Positions 28,588 to 34,640 of a stretch of DNA of 64,000 bases are shown here, piece by piece (position 1 is the stretch's first letter; every line of letters starts with the position of its first letter). The stretch lies in the IMG/VR virus record IMGVR_UViG_3300045988_120652. One strand, written 5' to 3'. The translations under genes were made by a program, and so were the position numbers. The notes beneath the pieces are model-generated. The model saw only the letters and a program-made list of their open reading frames with translations, was not told the origin of the DNA and made no database searches. Source of the stretch: a virus.

Positions 28588-29026
28588 AATAGGCGACATT
28601 GTGCAGATAAACAAAGACTGCATGTTTCCGAAAGACACGTTGTGCATCGTTACCGAAATCCATCCCGACCGACAGTATGAAGACAAGAAGGGAGTTGTCA
28701 GTCTGAAGGCTGTCAACGACGACGATGACGGACCATGGGGGGCTTGGTGCTGTAATATTGAAGGCGTGCCCGTCACGCCCGAAATACTTCGCAATAATGA
28801 CTTTAAGGAAGAGGTCGAGGGCAAGTACTTCACAAGACCAATTAAAGCCAGATTTGGCAGTTCCCTTGCCAGATATTTGGTTGTAGAACGGAAAAAATAC
28901 GCTTGGGCAATATTCATAAAGTATTACAACGTGACAGGCTTTGCACTCTTATGTCATATAAAGTACGTTCACGAACTACAGCTCGTCCTCAAGATAATGA
29001 AATTTAGTCCGGAAATTAAAGTATAG
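28565..29026 (+). CDS. Hypothetical protein
   Basis: Internal ATG (MIYAEDLRIGD...) of ORF 28487..29026. It overlaps the YopX gene end. Confidence 0.5.
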   Translation: MIYAEDLRIGDIVQINKDCMFPKDTLCIVTEIHPDRQYEDKKGVVSLKAVNDDDDGPWGAWCCNIEGVPVTPEILRNNDFKEEVEGKYFTRPIKARFGSSLARYLVVERKKYAWAIFIKYYNVTGFALLCHIKYVHELQLVLKIMKFSPEIKV

Positions 29027-29030
29027 CTCT

Positions 29031-29137
29031 ATGAAAGCAAAAAACAAGGTGCTGCTTGACAGAAACGAGAGTTCTCGCCCGCCCTTCTAGCCACCGACTA
29101 CAAATGCCTACACTGTATAATGATTGAATATGATTAA
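29031..29137 (+). pseudogene. TRD-like minigene C1, frame-disrupted
   Basis: The ATG frame gives MKAKNKVLLDRNESSRPPF*. A 1-nt shift gives ..EFSPALLATDYKCLHCIMIEYD*, homologous to C4. Confidence 0.5.
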
Positions 29138-29264
29138 GCAGCATCCATTCGACGATTTTCATCAGCGCATCTATTGGAGCGGAACCTGTATAGGAACCGT
29201 AACTCAACAATGGGGTAATCCTGCGCCTCGTCACGGATGGAGATTAATGATTGAATATGACTGA
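29130..29264 (+). CDS. TRD-like minigene C2 (44 aa)
   Basis: MIKQHPFDDFHQRIYWSGTCIGTVTQQWGNPAPRHGWRLMIEYD. QRIY..G...T.T...G resembles the M.HhaI-type TRD GERIYSTRGIAITLSAYGGG. Its ATG overlaps the C1 stop by 8 nt. Confidence 0.55.
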   Translation: MIKQHPFDDFHQRIYWSGTCIGTVTQQWGNPAPRHGWRLMIEYD

Positions 29265-29574
29265 CCCTCACTACAAACGCGGCACCATCCGCAAGGATGG
29301 CAAGCTGTATGGCCGCTATCCCGACGGATCGCTCTACCGCATCTACTCCTCCACCGACCTACCTTTCCTACAGTTGGTGGACCGAGCGGGCGAGACGTTC
29401 CTACGCATACGCCAAGCCACCGAGCTGGGCTACACCGACTGTCCCTGCCCTGGAGCCGCCGACCTAAGTTATCCGTCCTCGGCTCTGAGGCGTAGTCGCA
29501 CAGTCGGGAGGGGTAAGCTCGTAAACGCTCTGACCGCTGCAAGTGGCGGAATTTGCGTGTTTGTTGAATTATAA
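29257..29574 (+). CDS. TRD-like minigene C3 (105 aa)
   Basis: ..RIRQATELGYTDCPCPGAADLSYPSSALRRSRTVGRGKLVNALTAASGGICVFVEL. This matches the EATKKGY...P.S.TRRGRVG...TLT type of C5-MTase TRD. It is ORF-track 29251..29574 with the ATG at 29257. Confidence 0.6.
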   Translation: MTDPHYKRGTIRKDGKLYGRYPDGSLYRIYSSTDLPFLQLVDRAGETFLRIRQATELGYTDCPCPGAADLSYPSSALRRSRTVGRGKLVNALTAASGGICVFVEL

Positions 29575-29589
29575 AAGGAGAAATAAATT

Positions 29590-29961
29590 ATGATTATAAC
29601 GAATGATTGGCGGCTCTGGCTCGCATCAATGTTGTTTACGTTTGTCGTAACAATTTTGTTTATGGCTTACATTTGGTGGACAGAGCGAAAGCTAAAGAAA
29701 GAGATAAAAAATGATAGAGAAATAGACTATCAGAATTGTGATGGGTATTTCTTGTGTGTGTTTACCAAAGGTGGTGGATGCGATTTGCACAGAGCCTCGG
29801 ATGTCAAGCAGGTTGTTTCGTCTGTAAATAAAGATTACATCAACGTAATAATGACAGATGGTGAAGTAACGCATTATGAAGATGTCGTATCGTATGAGTT
29901 CAAACACGTTTTAGATTTGTCCTTGTATAATTTGAATACAGTAAAAAGAGTAGCTGAATAG
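29590..29961 (+). CDS. Hypothetical membrane-anchored protein embedded in the cassette array
   Basis: 123 aa with an N-terminal TM helix, AT-rich relative to its neighbours. Confidence 0.5.
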   Translation: MIITNDWRLWLASMLFTFVVTILFMAYIWWTERKLKKEIKNDREIDYQNCDGYFLCVFTKGGGCDLHRASDVKQVVSSVNKDYINVIMTDGEVTHYEDVVSYEFKHVLDLSLYNLNTVKRVAE

Positions 29962-29990
29962 GCTTGTAGAACATTTAACTAATAAAATTT

Positions 29991-30362
29991 ATGAAAAGAG
30001 AAAAACGACTGCCCGATGTGCTGTTAATGTCGGCTAAAGCATCCACCTTAATGTCAAACTCAACCAAGGACGCTTGCATCTGCGTCGAGTCTGACGAACA
30101 AAGTGTAAGTTTTAAGGACGAACCGTCGGAAGGTGTAACGATGGATATTACAGCCGAGTATCGCAACATCGTTCAGTTGTGGCACCCTGCCACAGAAAAG
30201 CCTCATTGCATAGGTCAACTTCTCTGTTGGTGTTACGACAGAACATTCTTCGTACACAACCATTACAGCCATGACGATGAAAATTGGCATTTATTCATCA
30301 GCACTAACAACATAAAGCGTTATTGCTATATTTCCAATTTGGAACCCGAATGGTTTATTTGA
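29991..30362 (+). CDS. Hypothetical protein embedded in the cassette array
   Basis: 123-aa ORF. The C4 ATG starts 1 nt after its stop. Confidence 0.5.
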   Translation: MKREKRLPDVLLMSAKASTLMSNSTKDACICVESDEQSVSFKDEPSEGVTMDITAEYRNIVQLWHPATEKPHCIGQLLCWCYDRTFFVHNHYSHDDENWHLFISTNNIKRYCYISNLEPEWFI

Positions 30363-30363
30363 G

Positions 30364-30495
30364 ATGACTGACATTAAGATATCCGTGCATCCCGTTAGCC
30401 ATCGGCTCGAATGGCGAGGATGGGGTGATTTCTCGCCCTCCCTTCGAGCCACCGACTACAAATGCCCACACTGTATAATGATTGAATATGACTAA
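30364..30495 (+). CDS. TRD-like minigene C4 (43 aa)
   Basis: MTDIKISVHPVSHRLEWRGWGDFSPSLRATDYKCPHCIMIEYD. It carries the SPTL(R/T)A.DYK.P signature of C5-MTase TRDs. Confidence 0.6.
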   Translation: MTDIKISVHPVSHRLEWRGWGDFSPSLRATDYKCPHCIMIEYD

Positions 30496-30616
30496 TCTTG
30501 ACTTCTACCAATATCCTCGTGGCAAAAACGGGGGGGTACTAAACACTATGATTTGTCCGACCGTTACTATATCTTCATGGCAGCACAACTATTTTCTGAT
30601 TGAAGAATATGATTGA
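30488..30616 (+). CDS. TRD-like minigene C5 (42 aa)
   Basis: MTNLDFYQYPRGKNGGVLNTMICPTVTISSWQHNYFLIEEYD. It contains a G7 run (30530-30536) and has an 8-nt overlap with C4. Confidence 0.55.
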   Translation: MTNLDFYQYPRGKNGGVLNTMICPTVTISSWQHNYFLIEEYD

Positions 30617-30749
30617 CATCCAACCCTTAAATGTCTGTATGGGAGGAATAGCAGTAACACTGAATACACGATACGAGCGACTTTGCATTGAGCATTTGAT
30701 GTCACTTGCCCACTTTCCGAGGACAGGCGTAATGATAGAATACGAATAA
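30609..30749 (+). CDS. TRD-like minigene C6 (46 aa)
   Basis: MIDIQPLNVCMGGIAVTLNTRYERLCIEHLMSLAHFPRTGVMIEYE. It ends 10 nt before the core gene ATG. Confidence 0.55.
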   Translation: MIDIQPLNVCMGGIAVTLNTRYERLCIEHLMSLAHFPRTGVMIEYE

Positions 30750-30759
30750 CAGTAACTAT

Positions 30760-31197
30760 ATGATCACAAAACTCAATTTCACCGACCGCACCATCAAGAG
30801 CTATGCCATCCGCAAGCTCACGCCCAAGGAGTGTTTCCGCTTGATGGGCGTTCGCGACAACGTAATCGGCACGATGCAGAGCAGCAATGCCCAGGCAGCC
30901 GAACGTCTGCCCGACTGGAAGGGCAAGGGTAAACCCGAAGACATGGCTATATCTGCATCACAGCAGTACAAGCAAGCTGGAAACAGCATCGTGGTGGACG
31001 TGTTGGCCCACATCTACGAGCAGCTTTTCTACCCCGCCCCGCCCAAGCCTCGCCCTGGCGAACAGCTCACGCTCTTCGACGACCTCGAAGACTCGCTGCC
31101 CGCTTTGCCGCCCCCCCCGCAGCCGACAAGAACGAGGAGAAGATATTCCTCACCACGTTCTCCGGCTACGACTCTCAGCTCATGGCAGCCGACGTGA
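30760..31197 (+). CDS. C5-cytosine DNA methyltransferase core, part 1 (motifs IX and X plus Pro-rich linker)
   Basis: IRKLTPKECFRLMGVRD is motif IX and YKQAGNSIVVDVLAHIY is motif X. The linker is PAPPKPRPGEQLTLFDDLEDSLPALPPPP. The frame is lost at the C8 run. Confidence 0.8.
   Translation: MITKLNFTDRTIKSYAIRKLTPKECFRLMGVRDNVIGTMQSSNAQAAERLPDWKGKGKPEDMAISASQQYKQAGNSIVVDVLAHIYEQLFYPAPPKPRPGEQLTLFDDLEDSLPALPPPPQPTRTRRRYSSPRSPATTLSSWQPT
31111..31118. repeat. C8 homopolymer in the poly-Pro linker of the C5-MTase core
   Basis: Counted directly. C9 would read ..LPALPPPPAADKNEEKIFLTTFSGYDSQ.. and fuse 30760..32072 into one 437-aa chain. Confidence 0.9.
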
Positions 31198-32072
31198 TAC
31201 GCGAGTGGCATCCCGACTTCCGATGGACGTGCAAGGGATGGAGCGACATCGACAAATACGCCTGTCAGATGCACAACCTCGTCTTCCCTCAGTTTGCCGA
31301 CTGCGCCCTGGGCGACATCACCAAGATTGACTGGCACGAGGTGAAACGCTCGCTCAAAGGCCGCGAGGTTGACCTCTTCACCTATTCCTCGCCCTGCCAG
31401 GACATCAGTCAGGCTGGCAAGCAGATGGGTTTGCAGGAGGGCAGCGATACCCGAAGCGCACTGCTTTGGCGTGTGGCGGATGCCGTGGAGGTGCTTCGCC
31501 CGAAGTATCTCTTGCAGGAGAACGTGGCGGCACTGGTAAGCCAGAAGTTCATGCCCGACTTTCAGAAGTGGCTCGACAAACTCTCCTCGCTCGGCTATGT
31601 CTCTCGCTGGGCTCGTCTTAACGCCAAGAACTACGGTGTGCCGCAGAACCGCGACCGTGTGTTCTGCCTCTCCATGCGCCGTGACGTGGCCTTCGACTAT
31701 CAGTTTCCCGAACCCTTCGAGCTGCTTATCCGACTGGAGGATGTGCTCGAAGAGGAAGTGTCCGACCGCTATTTCCTCAAGGATGATGCCGTGAGCAAGT
31801 TCCTCAAGGCAAACGACTCTGACAATGCCTTATTCCTTCAATTCGACCTGCCACCGACACATGAGGCGGCAATGTTCCTCAAGACATGGCTCACGCTGCG
31901 CATGAACACTTTCAACGGATGGGAGAGGGATTTGGACGAACTGCGCGATTGCATCGAGAACGAGCGAGATGTATTAAACAGCGATTTTGCAAGTTTCAGC
32001 GAGTATCATACATTCCCTTGCGAAGGTTTTGAGGAATTGTTTAAGGAGAATATGAAGAGGAAGAAGGAATGA
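31182..32072 (+). CDS. C5-cytosine DNA methyltransferase core, part 2 (motifs I-VIII, no complete TRD)
   Basis: The frame is open from 30933 and protein-like from about 31119. It reads IFLTTFSGYDSQ (motif I, upstream of the first ATG), TYSSPCQDISQAG (IV), LLQENVAAL (VI) and GVPQNRDRVFCLS (VIII), then FPEPFEL..LEDVLEE..SDRYFL, the usual N-terminal stub of a TRD. Confidence 0.8.
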   Translation: MAADVIREWHPDFRWTCKGWSDIDKYACQMHNLVFPQFADCALGDITKIDWHEVKRSLKGREVDLFTYSSPCQDISQAGKQMGLQEGSDTRSALLWRVADAVEVLRPKYLLQENVAALVSQKFMPDFQKWLDKLSSLGYVSRWARLNAKNYGVPQNRDRVFCLSMRRDVAFDYQFPEPFELLIRLEDVLEEEVSDRYFLKDDAVSKFLKANDSDNALFLQFDLPPTHEAAMFLKTWLTLRMNTFNGWERDLDELRDCIENERDVLNSDFASFSEYHTFPCEGFEELFKENMKRKKE

Positions 32073-32260
32073 GAACTGACAACCCACCCGACCGTGTAAT
32101 CCGTATCATAGCTGATATGATTAGGGGTGGTAGGTTGCTCACCTGCCCTGCCTCGATGTTCAGCGCAGAACGTTTCAACGGAGCATTTCACGGCATAGCA
32201 ATAACCATCATGTCGCGCACCGATTGCAGCGACGTATTCTTTGTAGCAGTAGAATTATGA
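32069..32260 (+). CDS. TRD-like minigene C7 (63 aa)
   Basis: ..SAERFNGAFHGIAITIMSRTDCSDVFFVAVEL, compared with ERIYSTRGIAITLS in M.HhaI. An ATGA overlap joins it to the core stop. Confidence 0.55.
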   Translation: MRTDNPPDRVIRIIADMIRGGRLLTCPASMFSAERFNGAFHGIAITIMSRTDCSDVFFVAVEL

Positions 32261-32403
32261 TACTCCCATTTAACACAGAATCCGATGGTACATCACACAC
32301 TATTAAATCCCAATATTTCAAAATGGGAGCAGCGAATGTGCTCGCCATTTCGTTTGACGGTGCCAACTTCAAAGCCACTGGCGCAATCGTGATATATGAA
32401 TAA
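32257..32403 (+). CDS. TRD-like minigene C8 (48 aa)
   Basis: MILPFNTESDGTSHTIKSQYFKMGAANVLAISFDGANFKATGAIVIYE. An ATGA overlap joins it to C7. Confidence 0.5.
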   Translation: MILPFNTESDGTSHTIKSQYFKMGAANVLAISFDGANFKATGAIVIYE

Positions 32404-32548
32404 CAACCCTCGCCCCATTATCCTCGGCTCCTACAGCCCCTCGCAGAACGGCATCATCGTGTCGCCACACGGCATAGCCTTGTGCATAGTCGGGGGAGGT
32501 AAGGGTCACGACGTGGATAAACCGAAAATATTGATAGAGTATGATTAA
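32396..32548 (+). CDS. TRD-like minigene C9 (50 aa)
   Basis: MNNNPRPIILGSYSPSQNGIIVSPHGIALCIVGGGKGHDVDKPKILIEYD, with an 8-nt overlap. Confidence 0.55.
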   Translation: MNNNPRPIILGSYSPSQNGIIVSPHGIALCIVGGGKGHDVDKPKILIEYD

Positions 32549-32667
32549 TCGTTCCGTCCTCGTCCAACTACCGCACCGAGGAAGCCAAAGCCTTCCGTCA
32601 AGAGCATGGCGACCGAGGAGGGTGTAAATACGGCGACAAGTATCACCGCCCAAGTCCGTGGCCGTAG
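32541..32667 (+). pseudogene. TRD-like minigene C10, frame-disrupted
   Basis: The ATG frame gives MINRSVLVQLPHRGSQ...*. The neighbouring frame gives ..SSSNYRTEEAKAFRQEHGDRGGCKYGDKYHRPSPWP*, the same RTEEAK..R TRD type as C11. A third frame carries the tail VAVEQFD. Confidence 0.4.
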
Positions 32668-32705
32668 AGCAATTCGATAACAACAGTAACAAAAGACAAC
32701 CTATT

Positions 32706-32882
32706 ATGCTTAACATTCATCTGATACACGAAGCCAGAACCGAACACGCGAAAGCCGTGCGTCGCTTAATCGGCACTAACGACTTCCGTGATAAGGAATG
32801 GCATCTGCGACAAGGATGTTGGATGCAATGTATAGGTACTTCCCTCACCACTGACAATCTGATTGCAATATGTTACGATTAA
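32706..32882 (+). CDS. TRD-like minigene C11 (58 aa)
   Basis: MLNIHLIHEARTEHAKAVRRLIGTNDFRDKEWHLRQGCWMQCIGTSLTTDNLIAICYD. It lies within ORF-track 32658..32882. Confidence 0.55.
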   Translation: MLNIHLIHEARTEHAKAVRRLIGTNDFRDKEWHLRQGCWMQCIGTSLTTDNLIAICYD

Positions 32883-32909
32883 TAGTACAAATAATAAACA
32901 AAAAGAAAT

Positions 32910-33203
32910 ATGAGTCTTTACGCAGAAAAAATAATAGTCAGAGACCACGAACGTAATGAAGATGTTGATGTGGCTTTCGGGCACAACACTATTTGCGACT
33001 GTGTTACTATCCGCCGAGGAGAAGATACTGTTTGTTTGTCGGACGACGAGTTCGATGCCCTTGCAGTGTTGATGATACGCGACTTTGTATCGAGGGAGAG
33101 TATCGAAAACGCAATAGAGCTAACCAGTACAGACAAGAAGAACCCATATCGCATATTCATAGCACGAACTGTGGATGATGAAAAATGGAATGGGGATGAT
33201 TGA
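32910..33203 (+). CDS. Hypothetical protein embedded in the cassette array
   Basis: 97-aa acidic ORF. Its stop overlaps the C12 ATG by 8 nt (ATGATTGA). Confidence 0.5.
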   Translation: MSLYAEKIIVRDHERNEDVDVAFGHNTICDCVTIRRGEDTVCLSDDEFDALAVLMIRDFVSRESIENAIELTSTDKKNPYRIFIARTVDDEKWNGDD

Positions 33204-33367
33204 CTTTCGCATAGCAGCCTTCCGAGGCCGTGCCCCCGATAATCCGTCCAACCGCAAGCATCCCTCCAACGGACGCTTCTTTCAGCGAATGGAGATAAAC
33301 GGGGGGTACAACCAACACCCTCACATCAGTAGGCAAAGACAATATGGTATTGATAACGTATGATTAA
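33196..33367 (+). pseudogene. TRD-like minigene C12, frame broken at a G6 run (33301-33306)
   Basis: As sequenced it reads MIDFRIAAFRGRAPDNPSNRKHPSNGRFFQRMEINGGYNQHPHISRQRQYGIDNV*. With G5 it reads ..QRMEINGGTTNTLTSVGKDNMVLITYD*, the classic RGR.P.NPS.R...NTLT..KDN TRD. Confidence 0.55.
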
Positions 33368-33508
33368 ACAAATCCCTTTCGTACAACGCATATCCCAGCT
33401 CTGCCCACGTCGGGGTATTCCACGGCATTGTCCGCCCGCTACGACGGATGGGCAGGGCTCTACGATGAACACGGACAGCACGCCATTGTATTGATAGAAT
33501 ATGAATAG
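33360..33508 (+). pseudogene. TRD-like minigene C13, frame-disrupted
   Basis: The ATG frame MIKQIPFVQRI.. parallels the C2 N-terminus. After about 33393 the protein-like frame changes to ..PALPTSGYSTALSARYDGWAGLYDEHGQHAIVLIEYE*. A 1-nt insertion in cgcatatccc would restore QRIxPALP. Confidence 0.5.
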
Positions 33509-33641
33509 GCATACACTAAATTGTCCGTCCGGCATCTGCTGCGTCCTGACATCGCATTACGCAAGAGAAGGATGGGCGAATATAGCAAGCAATACAACAT
33601 CACAATGCAAAGCACCCGCAGTATTGATAGAATATGATTGA
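33501..33641 (+). CDS. TRD-like minigene C14 (46 aa)
   Basis: MNRHTLNCPSGICCVLTSHYAREGWANIASNTTSQCKAPAVLIEYD. Confidence 0.55.
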   Translation: MNRHTLNCPSGICCVLTSHYAREGWANIASNTTSQCKAPAVLIEYD

Positions 33642-33804
33642 CAAGTATTACATCGGATGGGTACGCAGCGGCAAGGGCCTCGTAAAGAGACTACCGCGCA
33701 AACGGATAGCCAATGCCGTGACAACATCGCCACCAGGCTGCTTTGCCGACCCTCGCGATGGACTGGGCAACACCACACCGCATATAGTATATGAATATGA
33801 ATGA
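33634..33804 (+). CDS. TRD-like minigene C15 (56 aa)
   Basis: MIDKYYIGWVRSGKGLVKRLPRKRIANAVTTSPPGCFADPRDGLGNTTPHIVYEYE. Confidence 0.55.
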   Translation: MIDKYYIGWVRSGKGLVKRLPRKRIANAVTTSPPGCFADPRDGLGNTTPHIVYEYE

Positions 33805-33961
33805 CACCGCACGCATCTTCGTAGTCGGCATGATGCAGACACCACCCTACGACCGAATGTTTGAGCAGAGCTGCCGCGTGTATTCCGCAAAAGGAATATC
33901 GCCTACGCTGCATACGCAAGGGGGGGGGGATAGAGAGATAAAGGTATTAGTGGAACTATAA
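33797..33961 (+). CDS. TRD-like minigene C16 (54 aa)
   Basis: MNDTARIFVVGMMQTPPYDRMFEQSCRVYSAKGISPTLHTQGGGDREIKVLVEL. It has a textbook RVYS..G.SPTL...GG TRD core, and an in-frame G10 run (33920-33929) encodes GGG. Confidence 0.65.
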   Translation: MNDTARIFVVGMMQTPPYDRMFEQSCRVYSAKGISPTLHTQGGGDREIKVLVEL

Positions 33962-33973
33962 TACACAGAAATT

Positions 33974-34117
33974 ATGGAAGAAATGTTATTGAGCGACTAT
34001 ATCGCTATGCTCCAGAAATTAAAGGAACAGCATGGCAACATAATAGTGAGAAGTGATAGCGGATGCGATTTGTCCGCTTACTATTCTGACTGGGATGATG
34101 TGATAGTAGTGAATTAG
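33974..34117 (+). CDS. Hypothetical small protein (47 aa)
   Basis: MEEMLLSDYIAMLQKLKEQHGNIIVRSDSGCDLSAYYSDWDDVIVVN. Below the ORF-track cutoff, so tentative. Confidence 0.35.
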   Translation: MEEMLLSDYIAMLQKLKEQHGNIIVRSDSGCDLSAYYSDWDDVIVVN

Positions 34118-34137
34118 CAAAAAACAAAAGATTGAAC

Positions 34138-34506
34138 ATGAGAGAATTTGTGAGAAAGGCATTGCGAAACTACGGCTACCGATTTCTTGGGTATCAGAGC
34201 GGTAGCTACATTTTTGGCAAACCGCTTGGCTACGGCATACTTAGTGCGGAAATGCGCGAGGGTGAAAACTCCGTAAGTGTCATGCTGATGGTTAAAGGAA
34301 ACATGAAGGACGGCAAGCGCCCGAATCTGCTATGGCAGGAGACAAGCCGGGACTTTCCCGAAGAACATGACGAACAGAAGATGTACGAGGCGTTGGTGCA
34401 AGCTGTTGCCGACTGTGAGGCAGACATCTTCTCTAAAACGCCTGTGGCTTGGTTGCAAAACCGAGACGTGAGATACGACTTCGAGGAGAATGTCCATATC
34501 GAGTAA
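34138..34506 (+). CDS. Hypothetical protein
   Basis: ORF 34132..34506 with the ATG at 34138. Confidence 0.55.
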   Translation: MREFVRKALRNYGYRFLGYQSGSYIFGKPLGYGILSAEMREGENSVSVMLMVKGNMKDGKRPNLLWQETSRDFPEEHDEQKMYEALVQAVADCEADIFSKTPVAWLQNRDVRYDFEENVHIE

Positions 34507-34556
34507 AAGGAATAATCTACCTTTGCCCATAGTAGAACCAACCGCTAAAAACGTGA

Positions 34557-34610
34557 GGTTCGAACCTTTGAATGAAAAGGTTCGAACGAATTGAGCAAAA
34601 CGTTCGAACC
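34557..34610. promoter_or_regulatory. Three phased GGTTCGAAC(C) palindromes (candidate operator array)
   Basis: The palindrome centres fall at 34561.5, 34583.5 and 34605.5, exactly 22 bp apart. The last lies 30 nt upstream of the HU-like gene. Confidence 0.55.
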
Positions 34611-34640
34611 CATGTGGTTTGCTCATAAAACTTAATAACT

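Noticed and set aside
29031-33961. The regularly spaced direct repeats (ATGATTGAATATGA-like, every ~130-170 bp) could be mistaken for a CRISPR array.
   Set aside because: The repeats are only about 14-20 nt and degenerate. The 'spacers' are 110-300 nt and translate into TRD-like peptides in frame with ATG starts. There is no leader and there are no cas genes.
29031-33961. Stop-codon reassignment (TAG or TGA recoding, as known in some Bacteroidales phages) as the explanation for the many short ORFs.
   Set aside because: The cassettes end with all three stop codons (TAA, TGA and TAG). The next cassette is in the +1 frame rather than read through. The long structural genes terminate normally with the standard code.
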